Shown: positions 19,646-30,568, numbered from the stretch's first letter. The stretch is 64,000 nt of DNA from an uncultured Verrucomicrobiae bacterium (GCA_963812605.1 CAWEWF010000006.1:32001-96000); one strand, 5' to 3'. A program made the numbers and translations. The notes: generated from the letters alone by a model not told the origin.

Positions 19646-20840
19646 TGAGGGCCGATTCCCAATCCTTCCACACCGTTTCATAGCCCATTTGTTCCAGCCG
19701 CGCCGCGACCTCCGCTGGCGAGCGATTATCGGCAATTTCAAATTGCACCGTTGCATGCTCCCCTTCGGACTCGATTAGCGGTGCTGACTGCTTGATCATG
19801 CGACCGCCCTTCGTCACATGCAACTCCGCCTTCCCCTGCCCCGTGTAACCGCCCGGCTCGGTATGACTGCCCGCGCTCATCATCGTGATGCCCAGGGGAA
19901 TCAAGTTGTCGCGCAGTTTCGCCGACTCGCGTGTACTCAGGACCAACCCAATCTCGGGGAACGCCAGACGCAGCGCGCAGATAAATTGCACAAGCTCGCG
20001 GTCGCTCATGTTCACCAACGGCTCGAACTCCCCGGCTGCCGGCCGCAACCGCGGCGCGCTGATCGTCAGTTGCGCCATCCAACATTTCCTCAACAAATGT
20101 GTCGCGTGCGCCGCCAGCGCAATCGCCTCGTTGCGCCACGGCGCCAGGCCCAGTAACGCGCCAATGCCGAGCCGCTTGAACCCGGCCGCGTAGCCGCGCT
20201 CCAAAGTATCCAACCGCCAGTCCATGTCTTTCTTCGGCCCGCTCACGTGCATCGCGTCGTACACGCCGCGATCATAGGTTTCCTGGTAGACAACAAGCCC
20301 CTCCGCACCCGCCTGCGCGATCGGCACGTACTGCTCCGTCTCCAGTGGACCCACCTCCAGTGAAATGCTCGGCCAATCGGCATGCAGCCGCGCCACACAG
20401 TCACGCAGGTAATTGTCGGAGATAAAATGCGGATGCTCGCCCGCGACGAGCAAAATGTGGCGAAAACCCTGCTCGCGCAGGTATCGAGCTTCCGTCGCCA
20501 CCTGCTCCACGGACAACGTCACGCGCAAAATAGGGTTGTCCCGGGAAAAGCCGCAGTACTGGCAAATATTGATGCACTCGTTGCTAACGTACAACGGCGC
20601 AAAAAACCGCATCACCCGCCCAAAATATTTCTCGGTCAGATCGTGCGACTGTCGGGCCAGCGCTTCGAGATAAGGCGGCTTGGCCGCGGCTGGCGAAATC
20701 AGCGCCGCGAAATCGGTCGCCCCTAGGCGACCGCCCTGAGCTTGTCGAAGGGCCCGCTCCACGTCGGCAGCCGTCGCGTTTTGCGAAAACGTGGAAAGCT
20801 CCGCCAAGGCGAGGCTGTCAAACTCGGAGGAAAAGCTCAT
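19635..20840 (-). CDS. thiH: 2-iminoacetate synthase (radical SAM)
   Basis: [45 protein letters not shown]. Confidence 0.93.
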   Translation of the reverse strand: MSFSSEFDSLALAELSTFSQNATAADVERALRQAQGGRLGATDFAALISPAAAKPPYLEALARQSHDLTEKYFGRVMRFFAPLYVSNECINICQYCGFSRDNPILRVTLSVEQVATEARYLREQGFRHILLVAGEHPHFISDNYLRDCVARLHADWPSISLEVGPLETEQYVPIAQAGAEGLVVYQETYDRGVYDAMHVSGPKKDMDWRLDTLERGYAAGFKRLGIGALLGLAPWRNEAIALAAHATHLLRKCWMAQLTISAPRLRPAAGEFEPLVNMSDRELVQFICALRLAFPEIGLVLSTRESAKLRDNLIPLGITMMSAGSHTEPGGYTGQGKAELHVTKGGRMIKQSAPLIESEGEHATVQFEIADNRSPAEVAARLEQMGYETVWKDWESALNEA

Positions 20841-21631
20841 GGCTCATCGAGAAACCCGGTCAGCGGACTCGTCGCCTCGGCCTCTTTCCGTTTCGGGGCC
20901 AGACCCACTTCATACGCCGCGCGACCAGCTTCGACCGCCGCCCGAAACGCCGCCGCCATGCGCACCGGGTCGGCGGCAACGGCAACCGCGGTGTTCACCA
21001 GCACGGCATCGGCCCCCATCTCCAGCGCTTCCGCCGCATGCGACGGCGCGCCCAGTCCCGCATCGACCACCACCGGCACGGTCGCCTGCTCAATGATGAT
21101 TTCGATGTTCGCCCGCGTCTCGATGCCGCGCGCGCTGCCGATGGGCGAACCGAGCGGCATGACCGTCGCGCAACCAGCATCTTCCAGCCGTTTCGCCAGC
21201 ACGGGATCGGCATTGATGTAGGGCAACACCGTGAAGCCTTCCTTCACCAAAATCTCCGCCGCTTTCAAGGTCTCGATGGGATCGGGCAGCAGGTAGCGCG
21301 GATCGGGATGGATCTCCAACTTCAACCAGGCCGAACCCGTGGCCTCGCGTCCCAGGCGCGCCAGCCGGCAGGCTTCTTCGGCATTGCGCGCGCCGCTGGT
21401 GTTCGGCAGCAACAGATACCTCTTTGCGTCAACGAACGTCAGGATATTGGCGAACTTGTCGCGTTGGCCGGACAAATCCGCGCGCCGCAACGCCACGGTC
21501 ACCATCTCCGCGCCGCTGGCTTCGAGGGCCGCGGCCATGATCTCGCCCGAGGCGAATTTGCCCGTGCCCATGATCAGGCGCGAACTGAAATCGCGGTTGG
21601 CGATGCGTAGCTTTTGTGGCCTGTCGGTCAT
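20837..21631 (-). CDS. thiG: Thiazole synthase
   Basis: [40 protein letters not shown]. Confidence 0.96.
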   Translation of the reverse strand: MTDRPQKLRIANRDFSSRLIMGTGKFASGEIMAAALEASGAEMVTVALRRADLSGQRDKFANILTFVDAKRYLLLPNTSGARNAEEACRLARLGREATGSAWLKLEIHPDPRYLLPDPIETLKAAEILVKEGFTVLPYINADPVLAKRLEDAGCATVMPLGSPIGSARGIETRANIEIIIEQATVPVVVDAGLGAPSHAAEALEMGADAVLVNTAVAVAADPVRMAAAFRAAVEAGRAAYEVGLAPKRKEAEATSPLTGFLDEP

Positions 21632-22335
21632 TCCGGACGGTATAACTCCTGGTTGAGCGGGTAATTCCCCGGCGTGCGCGCGACGACCAGGGAACCGTCC
21701 TTCACGAAGTAACCGTGATTGCCCATGGCGTATTCCGCGCGATCCAGCCGCTTGAGTTCCTCCACCCGCTTCTGATGCAATTCCTGTTTCACGAGGTAGA
21801 TTTGGTCCTTCAAGGCCTTCAGGTCATGCAGCTTCGCGTCCAGCGCGACCTTCTCATTGTTCAGGCGGACGTATTCCTCCCGCATCGCTTGCAGGTGCGC
21901 GACTGTCGTAGTGTGGGCCTTTTCCAAATCCGCATATTTCTGGTCTATCTCCGAGATTTGATCGCTGAGCACCTTCAACTCGCTCGCCATGTTTGTCTTG
22001 TCCTGCGAGAGCGCGTCCACTTTCGCCTGCTCCTCTTGTAGTTTCAGTTGAGACTGCTGCTCCTGGTTGTCCATGTCGGCCTTGAGCGACGACATTTTCT
22101 TTTCTGTGTCAGTCTTCTCATCGGTCAATTTCGAGATTGTCTGCTGCAGTTCCTCGACCTTGGCCTGCATCTGCGTTTTGACCGTGCTGGTTTCCGTTCG
22201 CGCTGCCGCCAGCTCATTGGTCGCGGTCGTCAACTGCTCCTGCGTTTGCTCCAACTTCTGGTCCGAACCGCAGCCGGCCAACAACATTGCCGCGGCGATC
22301 ATTCCGATCCCCGTCCCCACGATTTGATGTTTCAT
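21628..22335 (-). CDS. Coiled-coil lipoprotein
   Basis: Lipobox LLAGC followed by a long E/K/Q-rich heptad region. Confidence 0.75.
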   Translation of the reverse strand: MKHQIVGTGIGMIAAAMLLAGCGSDQKLEQTQEQLTTATNELAAARTETSTVKTQMQAKVEELQQTISKLTDEKTDTEKKMSSLKADMDNQEQQSQLKLQEEQAKVDALSQDKTNMASELKVLSDQISEIDQKYADLEKAHTTTVAHLQAMREEYVRLNNEKVALDAKLHDLKALKDQIYLVKQELHQKRVEELKRLDRAEYAMGNHGYFVKDGSLVVARTPGNYPLNQELYRPE

Positions 22336-22338
22336 TAC

Positions 22339-23154
22339 TCATTTCTCCTTCAGTTTTACCAACACTTCATTTGCGCTGCCGCGCCGGTACCCCTGCAGAT
22401 CGAGCGTCACATACGCATACCCGATCTTCCTCAATGCCTGGGTTACCGCCCCCCGCACTTCCTCCTCGAAAAATTTCTGAAACTCATCCGCGCCAACCTC
22501 GATGCGCGCCATGTCCTTGTGATGGCGCACCCGTACTTCATAAAACCCCGCGTCCCGCAATACGTTCTCCGCCGCCTCGATCATCCGCAATGCCTCTTCC
22601 GTCACCGGCTCGCCGTATGGAATCCGCGACGACAAACAGGCCATCGCCGGCTTGTCCGCCGTCGGCAAGCCCAACTCCGCCGATAACTCGCGAATCTCCG
22701 CCTTCGTCAATCCCACTTCCTTCAACGGCGCGCGCACCTGATATTCCTTCGCGGCCACAGCGCCCGGTCGATAATCCCCCACATCGCTGGCATTCTCTCC
22801 ATACAGAATCGTCTGCCAGCCTTCGCGCTGCGCAATTTCAGCCAAGCTCTCAAACAACTCGCTCTTGCAGAAATAACAGCGGTTCGACGGGTTGCTGGTG
22901 TAGTTCTCATCCCCCATCTCCTCTGTCTTGATCACCCGCACGGGAAACCCGAATTGCTCCGCAATCTCCAGCGCCTCCTGCAACTCCCGCCGCGGCAAGC
23001 TCGGGGAATCCGCGATCACCGCCAGCGCCTTGTCTCCCAGCGCATCGTGCGCGACCTTCGCGAGAAACACACTGTCCACCCCGCCGGAATAAGCCACGAG
23101 CGTGCGTCCCCCAGAGCGGAGCGCAGCCTTGAGTTGATCGAGTTTCCCGGTCAC
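22339..23154 (-). CDS. larE: LarE-family ATP-dependent sulfur transferase (PP-loop)
   Basis: AYSGGVDS, NRCYFCK, DYRPG, KPAMACLSSRIPYG, VTLDLQGYRRGS. Confidence 0.9.
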   Translation of the reverse strand: MTGKLDQLKAALRSGGRTLVAYSGGVDSVFLAKVAHDALGDKALAVIADSPSLPRRELQEALEIAEQFGFPVRVIKTEEMGDENYTSNPSNRCYFCKSELFESLAEIAQREGWQTILYGENASDVGDYRPGAVAAKEYQVRAPLKEVGLTKAEIRELSAELGLPTADKPAMACLSSRIPYGEPVTEEALRMIEAAENVLRDAGFYEVRVRHHKDMARIEVGADEFQKFFEEEVRGAVTQALRKIGYAYVTLDLQGYRRGSANEVLVKLKEK

Positions 23155-23160
23155 AACAGA

Positions 23161-23189
23161 ATTCTATCGCCGAACCGCAGGAGTGTCAA
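23161..23189 (-). promoter_or_regulatory. Sigma70 promoter of larE operon, probably leaderless
   Basis: TTGACA-17 bp-TAGAAT then 6 nt to the GTG start. Confidence 0.7.
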
Positions 23190-23212
23190 AGCGGAAGGCC
23201 GACCTGCTGGTC

Positions 23213-23509
23213 TCAACCAAGACGCGTCGGGTCCAGCAATTTGGCCCCGTGGTGAATCGTCAACAATTCAACCACGTCTTCGCGGAGGCGGTACACAATC
23301 CGATAGTTGCCGAAAATGATTTCGCGAACCGCTGGATCTTCCTTTTCGGGAACAATCCTGCCCGATTCCGGAAACGGCCCCAGGCGCTCCACAGCGGCGA
23401 ATACATCAATCACGAAGAGGCTGGCGTATTGTGGGGAATCCTGCGCTATAAAGTCTGCGATCGCCTCAAGATCGCTGGCAGCCTGTGACGTCCATCTTAC
23501 TTCAGCCAC
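23213..23509 (-). CDS. RelE/ParE family toxin
   Basis: VRWTSQAASDLEAIADFIAQDS, FPESGRIVPE, NYRIVYR. Confidence 0.9.
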   Translation of the reverse strand: MAEVRWTSQAASDLEAIADFIAQDSPQYASLFVIDVFAAVERLGPFPESGRIVPEKEDPAVREIIFGNYRIVYRLREDVVELLTIHHGAKLLDPTRLG

Positions 23510-23679
23510 TTGGCCATCTGCTCCTTCACCTGTGCGTGAGGGATCGTTTGCCCGGCATCCGCCTGCTGCAGTCCGCGGTCAATCTTCGCAAGAAACAACA
23601 ACCGCTGCATGGCGTCTTCAAACGTCGCGTCATCCGGCAAACCTTGAACCGCTTGAAGGACTTTTTGCTTGGTTGTCAC
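23497..23679 (-). CDS. Cognate antitoxin of the RelE/ParE toxin
   Basis: 60 aa, LPDDATFED..KIDRGLQQADAGQTIPH, overlaps toxin start; TTGACA-17-TAATAT promoter directly upstream. Confidence 0.85.
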   Translation of the reverse strand: MTTKQKVLQAVQGLPDDATFEDAMQRLLFLAKIDRGLQQADAGQTIPHAQVKEQMAKWLK

Positions 23680-23726
23680 AGGCGAATATTAGACCTAATT
23701 GCTGTGGGTGTCAAAGCTAAGCACGG

Positions 23727-24179
23727 TCAGGGGGGAGGTGGCAAACGAAACGGTTCATCCCTTTCCAGTCGTTTTCCCATGCTGACAACATCATCAACCT
23801 TGAAGCCGATGCTCTTGTAGACCTCAATCACCTGCGCATTTGAGGTTCTGACCTGCAAGTTGATCTTTGGACAACCCGCCTGTCGCAACAATCGCTCCGC
23901 CTCCTCCATGATTTGCCGGGCAAAGCCGCGCTTCTGGTATTCAGGAGCAACCGCCAGATAGTTGATCCATCCCCGGTGCCCCTCATACCCCACCATGCAA
24001 GTGGCCACAACCTTCCCGTCCAGTTCGCCCACCAGAAACCACTCAGGGTTAACGCGCAGTTTTCTCGTAATGTCCCGGTGCGGATTGTTCTGGGGCCCTA
24101 CCAACTGACAAGCCACCCACAACCCCACTACAGCGTCTTCGTCAGCGGAACGGTACGGGCGTATTTGAAGCGCAGTCAT
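23727..24179 (-). CDS. GNAT acetyltransferase (YpeA-like)
   Basis: VGYEGHRGWINYLAV, QKRGFA, GCPKINLQVR. Confidence 0.88.
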   Translation of the reverse strand: MTALQIRPYRSADEDAVVGLWVACQLVGPQNNPHRDITRKLRVNPEWFLVGELDGKVVATCMVGYEGHRGWINYLAVAPEYQKRGFARQIMEEAERLLRQAGCPKINLQVRTSNAQVIEVYKSIGFKVDDVVSMGKRLERDEPFRLPPPP

Positions 24180-24216
24180 TGTGAGATCAAATACGAAGAT
24201 GGAGTGTTACGAGCAC

Positions 24217-24702
24217 TCAACGCGGCACAGCCCATCGAAGCGTATGCTGCATCGTTCTGAGAAGCATGTACTGCTCTGGGATTGCTTTAGGCCAGCCTTC
24301 CTTTTTTGCCTTATCCTTCAAGTCGTCGGCAATCATCTCGTAGATTCTCGGCACAGTATAAACCGTCCCTCCTCCGAGTGTCTTATGTGCAGAGTCGCTG
24401 CCCATAATGACTGCCCACTGTTCGATCTTGGTGCTCTTGTCGAGAGAGGGGAACACCTGGGGGAAAATGTACTTCGTTCCCGTGGCGAACTTCTTCTTGA
24501 ACCGAGTCTCCCGCTTCGTCCAATTGTGAGAGTCCATCGACGGCTCGATGTGTAAAATCCGGTTGGTCTTGGGATCGTACGCGACAACATCGAGTTCGCC
24601 AGCGTGCCCTCCATGCTTAAGAGGGCCGACCTTGACATTGTTTCGGACAAAGTAACCCTTAAACTCAAGCCATTCCGAAATCAATTGCTCCAGATGGTTC
24701 AT
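24217..24702 (-). CDS. Putative PD-(D/E)XK nuclease-fold protein
   Basis: LEQLISEWLEFKGYFV...GELDVVAY...HIEPSMD. Confidence 0.6.
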   Translation of the reverse strand: MNHLEQLISEWLEFKGYFVRNNVKVGPLKHGGHAGELDVVAYDPKTNRILHIEPSMDSHNWTKRETRFKKKFATGTKYIFPQVFPSLDKSTKIEQWAVIMGSDSAHKTLGGGTVYTVPRIYEMIADDLKDKAKKEGWPKAIPEQYMLLRTMQHTLRWAVPR

Positions 24703-24711
24703 CCTGCTGTC

Positions 24712-24801
24712 TTACTTCACATCCTCGCCCAACTCGACGTTCCAATACGCCAGGTCGAGGAAATGTTTCCAGCTATCGTGGGCGACGCTGCTGATGGTGA
24801 C
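24712..24801 (-). repeat. Direct-repeat copy of the last 29 codons and stop of the HNH gene
   Basis: 24713-24801 matches 25408-25496 with 3 mismatches. Confidence 0.95.
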
Positions 24802-24826
24802 GAATAAACGCATCCACGCCTCCGAG

Positions 24827-25132
24827 TCAGGCTTTCTTCTTGGTCCGCGCGTCCAACCACTTGCGGAGCGATACCTGTGATTCGCCAGAGGGTCGTCCTG
24901 CGAGAATCCCTTCCAAGCTTATGTCTTCGTCGAGATCGGGCCAGTGAATGCCCACGCCGCGTCCGAGAAGCTCCCAATGAGAACGCTCGGTGGAGGTCGC
25001 ATGCACAAGACGGGGAAACCAGGCAAGCGGACAGGACATCGTCCGTCCGTCCGTGAGATCAACGGACAGGGACTCCGCCGTGATTTTCACATCTTGAATG
25101 GCGACTTTCTGTTCACCGACCAAAGTACTCAT
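24827..25132 (-). CDS. DUF2442-family protein (putative antitoxin)
   Basis: VDLTDGRTMSCPLAWFPRL, GIHWPDLDEDISLEGIL. Confidence 0.88.
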   Translation of the reverse strand: MSTLVGEQKVAIQDVKITAESLSVDLTDGRTMSCPLAWFPRLVHATSTERSHWELLGRGVGIHWPDLDEDISLEGILAGRPSGESQVSLRKWLDARTKKKA

Positions 25133-25349
25133 GCCACGACTCCATTATCTTGGCTGTATTATCTGCCACAATCCGCTGAATGTCCATGAGTTCCGACCGA
25201 CTGAATCCACCGCTTCGGGAAAGACGAACAGGCTCCAGCCAAAACTTTGCCAGCCGATTCTCGCGTTGCACATGAATGTGTAGTGGTTCGTCACGGTCAC
25301 TGGAATAAAAGAAAAATCGGTACGGCCCGTGATGAAAGACGGTCGGCAT
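25113..25349 (-). CDS. DUF4160-family protein (putative toxin)
   Basis: MPTV..YRFFFYSSDRDEPLHIHV..AKFWL. Confidence 0.88.
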   Translation of the reverse strand: MPTVFHHGPYRFFFYSSDRDEPLHIHVQRENRLAKFWLEPVRLSRSGGFSRSELMDIQRIVADNTAKIMESWHEYFGR

Positions 25350-25406
25350 CGACGCAGAATAGAAAACGTTACCAAGCCGAGCAAGCGCATTTACTGCGCC
25401 CCGCCC

Positions 25407-26024
25407 CTACTTCACATCCTCACCCAACTCGACGTTCCAGTACGCCAGATCGAGGAAATGTTTCCAGCTATCGTGGGCGACGCTGCTGATGGTGACATTC
25501 ACGAAGGGACGCCACTTCGGGCGCTTGGGTTTCTTGATGAGGTGCATGCCGGCCTCCGTCGGCGTGCGGTTGGCTTTGCGCGTGTTGCACGGGATGCACG
25601 CGCAGACAATATTTTCCCACGTGGTCGTGCCGCCGCGGTCGCGCGGGACGATGTGGTCGAGATTCAATTCGCGGCGGTCGAAATGTTTGCCGCAATACTG
25701 GCAGGTGTTGTGGTCGCGCTCGAAAATATTGTGCCGCGTGAATTTCACTTCCTTGTGCGGCAGCCGGTCGAAAAACAGCAACAGGATCACGCGCGGGATG
25801 CGGATCTTGAACGAGACGGTGTGGACCACGTCCTCGCCGTGGTGTCCCTGGCTGAATTCCCGCCACTCGTGGAAATCAAAGGTTTGGAAATCGCCGCTGT
25901 CCTCGAGGACCACCTCGGCGTGGCCCATGTACAGGAGCATGAACGCGCGTTCGACCGTGCAGACGTTGATCGCCTGCCACAGACGATTGAGCACCAACAC
26001 GTTTTCGTTTAGCACGTTCCTCAT
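25407..26024 (-). CDS. HNH endonuclease (McrA/HNH_5-like)
   Basis: VLVLN, NIFERDHNTCQYCG, LDHIVPRDRGG, WENIVCACIPCNTRK. Confidence 0.9.
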   Translation of the reverse strand: MRNVLNENVLVLNRLWQAINVCTVERAFMLLYMGHAEVVLEDSGDFQTFDFHEWREFSQGHHGEDVVHTVSFKIRIPRVILLLFFDRLPHKEVKFTRHNIFERDHNTCQYCGKHFDRRELNLDHIVPRDRGGTTTWENIVCACIPCNTRKANRTPTEAGMHLIKKPKRPKWRPFVNVTISSVAHDSWKHFLDLAYWNVELGEDVK

Positions 26025-26182
26025 GGCCCATTCCCAGAGGGTCGCACCGACTCGAAGCGATGCGCTGGCAAAATCTTATCATAGCCGCCGGATGTCGTCA
26101 ATCAGCGACCTCCAGCCCTGCGCGCCAAAGAATTGCGAAGAAAATATCTGGGTACTGGCTAACCGTCAACGCAATTACTAGA

Positions 26183-27736
26183 ATGCCCACCATGTCGAAA
26201 CGGGGGAAATCTGCCGCGCTGCTGTTGATCATTATTGGCGGTTTTCTCCTCCGGTTGGCCGGACTCTATTGGGGGCAGGCATTTCATCACGCATCCTCCG
26301 GAGACGAAATGGATGCCTACCGCATCGCCTTGGAGTTCGCTTCCGGTGAGCCGCACGCACAATACATCGGACAGCCAACCTTCAAAGGCGGTCACGTGCC
26401 CGGCCCGCTCTGGGCGCTCTTCTGGCTCGCCGGTTTCAAGATCAGCGGCTCCCCCGATTCCGTCTGCTTGCTGATTATCCTCCTCGGCACGGCCACGATT
26501 TACCTCGTCCACCGGCTGGCGGAGAAACTTCTGGGACCGGAGTATTCGCTGTGGGCGGCACTCTTTTGCGCCACGTCACCTTGGGCCGTCCATTATTCCG
26601 TCGGCGCGACGAATCCCCTGCCGATGGCGTTCCTCGGTGGATTGTTATACCTGGCGTTGTGGGATGTGCTGACGAGAGAGAAATCTCCAAAAATTTTCTG
26701 GGTCTGCGTCGTCCTGGCCATCATGCCGCAATTTCACATGGTGGTCATATTCCTGGCGCCCGCCGTTCTGTTGCTGCTGGCCTTGAACGCATCGCGCATA
26801 AATTGGCGCTGGCTGGCGGCGGGCGTGGTTGTGTCTGTTGCGCTTTATGTCCCGTACATCCTCGGCGAAATGCATCATGGATGGGGAAATACCCACGCCA
26901 TTCTCACCGGCCACCAAAATTCGTCCCCCGGAGTCCTGAAGGCCCTGATCCTGCCCTTCACCGACCTCTCCAACCTCATCAGCAGTATCACGGGCGATAA
27001 ATTCGCGGACTACCGTGCATTCGGCGATACTTGTTTCGGGTCAATCTGGGTCTTGATCGCCTTCAACGTCCTGTCGCTCGCTCTGGCAACCGCCATCATC
27101 GCCAATTTTCTGGTTTCATTCATTCGCGTCCTGCGCCGTAACTGGCCCTCGCCTCGCCGGGCCTTTGCAGTCGCTCCCGCCGAGGTATTTATCGGTCTGC
27201 TTTTTTTCCTGCCACCGCTCCTGTTCATCGCGTCCTTCAGTAATTTCAGCAGCCGCTACCTGATCATTGAATTCCCGCTCTCGTTCCTGCTGCCGGCCCT
27301 GTTTGTGGTTCGCAACCTGGCGAAAAATCGCTGGCGAAAACCGATTCTGGCAGCGTTGCTCGCGACGGTTGTGTTCAACGTCTACCTGACGCTCGCCTCC
27401 TTCCGCTATCAGGGAACGCTCATCGAAACTGGCGACCGGTTCCTCCCCAGCTTTCGGAAAATGGAGACGGTCCGCCAGCGACTCAAAGCCGATGCCGGCA
27501 CCGGCGCGCGTTTCCAGATTGATCAAGTGCCGCTTCTCGCAGACAAGAGGCGCTGGACGGCTGCGGGAGCGGTGACCCTGGCGGACTATGTCAACCTGCG
27601 CGAGAAGTACGACCCATCAAGCGCGACGGCGCAAAACATTAAGACCTATCGCGTGCTCCAAGCGACGGACTATGTAGCGACGAGCGACCATGTCGCCTAC
27701 GCCGGCAATGGCCTCGTCATCGTGACATCGAATTAG
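26183..27736 (+). CDS. ArnT/PMT-like GT-C glycosyltransferase (paralog of 1-1565)
   Basis: LLRL..GDEMDA, VPGPLW, SPWAVHYS, MPQFHM; many TM helices; start at 26183 or 26192. Confidence 0.75.
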   Translation: MPTMSKRGKSAALLLIIIGGFLLRLAGLYWGQAFHHASSGDEMDAYRIALEFASGEPHAQYIGQPTFKGGHVPGPLWALFWLAGFKISGSPDSVCLLIILLGTATIYLVHRLAEKLLGPEYSLWAALFCATSPWAVHYSVGATNPLPMAFLGGLLYLALWDVLTREKSPKIFWVCVVLAIMPQFHMVVIFLAPAVLLLLALNASRINWRWLAAGVVVSVALYVPYILGEMHHGWGNTHAILTGHQNSSPGVLKALILPFTDLSNLISSITGDKFADYRAFGDTCFGSIWVLIAFNVLSLALATAIIANFLVSFIRVLRRNWPSPRRAFAVAPAEVFIGLLFFLPPLLFIASFSNFSSRYLIIEFPLSFLLPALFVVRNLAKNRWRKPILAALLATVVFNVYLTLASFRYQGTLIETGDRFLPSFRKMETVRQRLKADAGTGARFQIDQVPLLADKRRWTAAGAVTLADYVNLREKYDPSSATAQNIKTYRVLQATDYVATSDHVAYAGNGLVIVTSN

Positions 27737-27737
27737 C

Positions 27738-27822
27738 GCGCATCCTGGCAGTGCCACCAGATTGTAGCCGCGAATCGCATTCGCGGCCCTGCCCGCCGTG
27801 AAAATGTTTCGCGGCACCAAAG
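27738..27822. repeat. Dispersed REP-doublet element, copy 1
   Basis: GCGCATC..GGCAGTGCCAC..GATTGTAGCCGCGAATCGCATTCGCGGCCC..AAAATGTTTCGCGGC; near-identical at 54502-54587. Confidence 0.85.
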
Positions 27823-27910
27823 AGCTCCGTTCATAACAGGGTCAAGATGCGTCCCGTTCCCAAAAAACCATCAGGATTCGGCTCGACAGCACTCGCGTTT
27901 TCCTTAATAA

Positions 27911-28885
<975 letters not shown>

Positions 28886-28979
28886 TGCCGCCGGTATAGC
28901 GGCGCTGCTGTGAAGCGCTCTTCTGCGTTTCAAGGCAACACAGAGGTCAATCGCCTCTGTGTTTTTCGTCCCCTCACCT

Positions 28980-29006
28980 TGTCATTCTGAGCGAAGCGAA
29001 GAATCT
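28980..29006. repeat. TGTCATTCTGAGCGAAGCGAAGAATCT repeat (half copy)
   Basis: Reverse complement of the arm ending at 60320. Confidence 0.8.
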
Positions 29007-29051
29007 CTGCTGTTTTGCCCGGAGCAGGGAGTTCTCCGCGTCACGAAGCAT

Positions 29052-29297
29052 CTAAGGAAAATCTGTGCAAGGATTTATATTTGCTGGATTACAGCGACGA
29101 ATTCGGCGAATGGTCAAGATACTTCCCCAAACGAGGCCGTGCTTCAGGTAAGCTGCTACAGCATATTTTGAACAGGACGGGTGAAAGCGACAGATAGTGC
29201 GGGTGCGTGTGTTATACCAAGGACCGAGCCGCCGACACCACAAAGAGTACACAGTATACGCCGCTATGCGACCGAATCTGCCGCCGCTGCTAGCCAC
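29052..29297 (-). CDS. YidD-like (membrane protein insertion efficiency factor domain) small protein
   Basis: CRFHPSCSKYAVAAYLKHGLVWG..RIRRCNP; GTG start overlaps the upstream gene end. Confidence 0.7.
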   Translation of the reverse strand: MASSGGRFGRIAAYTVYSLWCRRLGPWYNTRTRTICRFHPSCSKYAVAAYLKHGLVWGSILTIRRIRRCNPANINPCTDFP

Positions 29298-29547
29298 GTA
29301 CGATCTCCTCCTTGTATGAACTCGATTGGCATTTTGGACATTGCTTGAGTCGATGCAATTCGGATTCCGACGACTGCACATTGCGCTTTGCCTGCATTTC
29401 TGTTGCATTCGGGCCACAACAGCCGATTGAACTGGACTTATCACAATTGCCGCAGGTTACGTTCCGCTTAACCTTTGCCTCGCGTGAAACAAGAGAATGC
29501 CAAACCGTGCCGCATCGCTTACAAGTGCGCCTGTATTCCTTTGCCAT
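29290..29547 (-). CDS. Cys-rich zinc-ribbon protein
   Basis: CKRC, CGNC, CC, CPKC in 85 aa; RBS-like GAGG upstream. Confidence 0.65.
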   Translation of the reverse strand: MAKEYRRTCKRCGTVWHSLVSREAKVKRNVTCGNCDKSSSIGCCGPNATEMQAKRNVQSSESELHRLKQCPKCQSSSYKEEIVRG

Positions 29548-29589
29548 CTCGCGACCTCTCCTTTTCTATTCGATAGGCACTGGTGATAA

Positions 29590-29943
29590 TCACATTCGGA
29601 CACTTTTCCGAAAGGAAGAAGAAAGAGTGGACTGGAGATAAACGGTGTTGCTGGTTCCCGGAATAAACGTGCGTTCTACCTGCGCTTTCAGAACATCCGG
29701 AACTCTCCCTATCTGCTTCCACTCACGGAACGATTCCCGGTGTCCACGGTTAAATCCTTTCTTGTACCAAACCTTAGATGATCTGATTAGAACCCTCTTC
29801 AACTTTGCCCGCAGCTTCTTTCTTTTTGGCCCAGCGGGGAGCAGTTTTTCGCCGTTCCAAATAGCTTCGATTTCTCCTAGGGTTTTCATAATTGAGGCAC
29901 TTGCGCCCTTAGCGTAACCTGTCCCGTGATCGTATCTCATCAA
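29590..29943 (-). CDS. Hypothetical basic protein
   Basis: 117-aa ORF, GGAGG upstream, AT-richer. Confidence 0.5.
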   Translation of the reverse strand: MMRYDHGTGYAKGASASIMKTLGEIEAIWNGEKLLPAGPKRKKLRAKLKRVLIRSSKVWYKKGFNRGHRESFREWKQIGRVPDVLKAQVERTFIPGTSNTVYLQSTLSSSFRKSVRM

Positions 29944-30081
29944 AACCTCCTCCGAGTTTCAATCTCTACAATTCGCCTTCCCTTGCGGGAATGCAGCCTA
30001 ATTCCGATGTGGCTTGGAAACAATCTGAAAATGGCCGAAGCAATACCGGCGCGCCCTACCGGCGGATCATTGCGTTGCCGG

Positions 30082-30315
30082 TCACACTGAACGTAGCAGC
30101 CCAGTCACAGAAAGGTCTTCATCGAGCAGTGGCCAGTGGATGCCGTAGCCGCCGGGGGAAAGCTCGGCGCGGTTGCGCTCGACGGGAGTAGCACGAGCCA
30201 ATTTGGTGGAACATTTTTCCCACGGAATCGAGACACGCCGGTTGACTAGAACAAGAATCAACGCTTCCGGCGTTGTCTCCACGCCTGTGGCAGTATTGAT
30301 TTCAGTGGCCGGCAT
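30082..30315 (-). CDS. DUF2442-family protein
   Basis: LARATPVER..GYGIHWPLLDEDLSVTGLL. Confidence 0.85.
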   Translation of the reverse strand: MPATEINTATGVETTPEALILVLVNRRVSIPWEKCSTKLARATPVERNRAELSPGGYGIHWPLLDEDLSVTGLLRSV

Positions 30316-30568
30316 CTCGCGTTCCCTTCATGTGACGATTCCATTCTTCGACAATCAAGTCGAAGTGCTCAAAGATAATCTGCCGGACCTCGCGCCGCAA
30401 GGGCGGAGTCAGCCCGTGCGACCAAGCCTCTTCAATTTCATAGAGATCGGTCCGCAGCCAGAATTTGCACTCACATTCGGCTTTGCGGGCATGAATGTGT
30501 ATCGGCTCATTCCGCTCGTCTGAGTAGAAGAACAATCGCCAGCCTCTCACAAGAAGCACGGTTGGCAT
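30302..30568 (-). CDS. DUF4160-family protein
   Basis: MPTVL..WRLFFYSDERNEPIHIHA..KFWL. Confidence 0.88.
   Translation of the reverse strand: MPTVLLVRGWRLFFYSDERNEPIHIHARKAECECKFWLRTDLYEIEEAWSHGLTPPLRREVRQIIFEHFDLIVEEWNRHMKGTRDAGH

Noticed and set aside
24180-24216. EIKYEDGVLRAL, reminiscent of a DUF104 antitoxin N-terminus
   Set aside because: Only about 12 codons with no start; cannot be distinguished from chance
23213-25349. Classical integron cassette array
   Set aside because: No intI gene and no attC-like sites seen between the genes; several genes carry their own promoters
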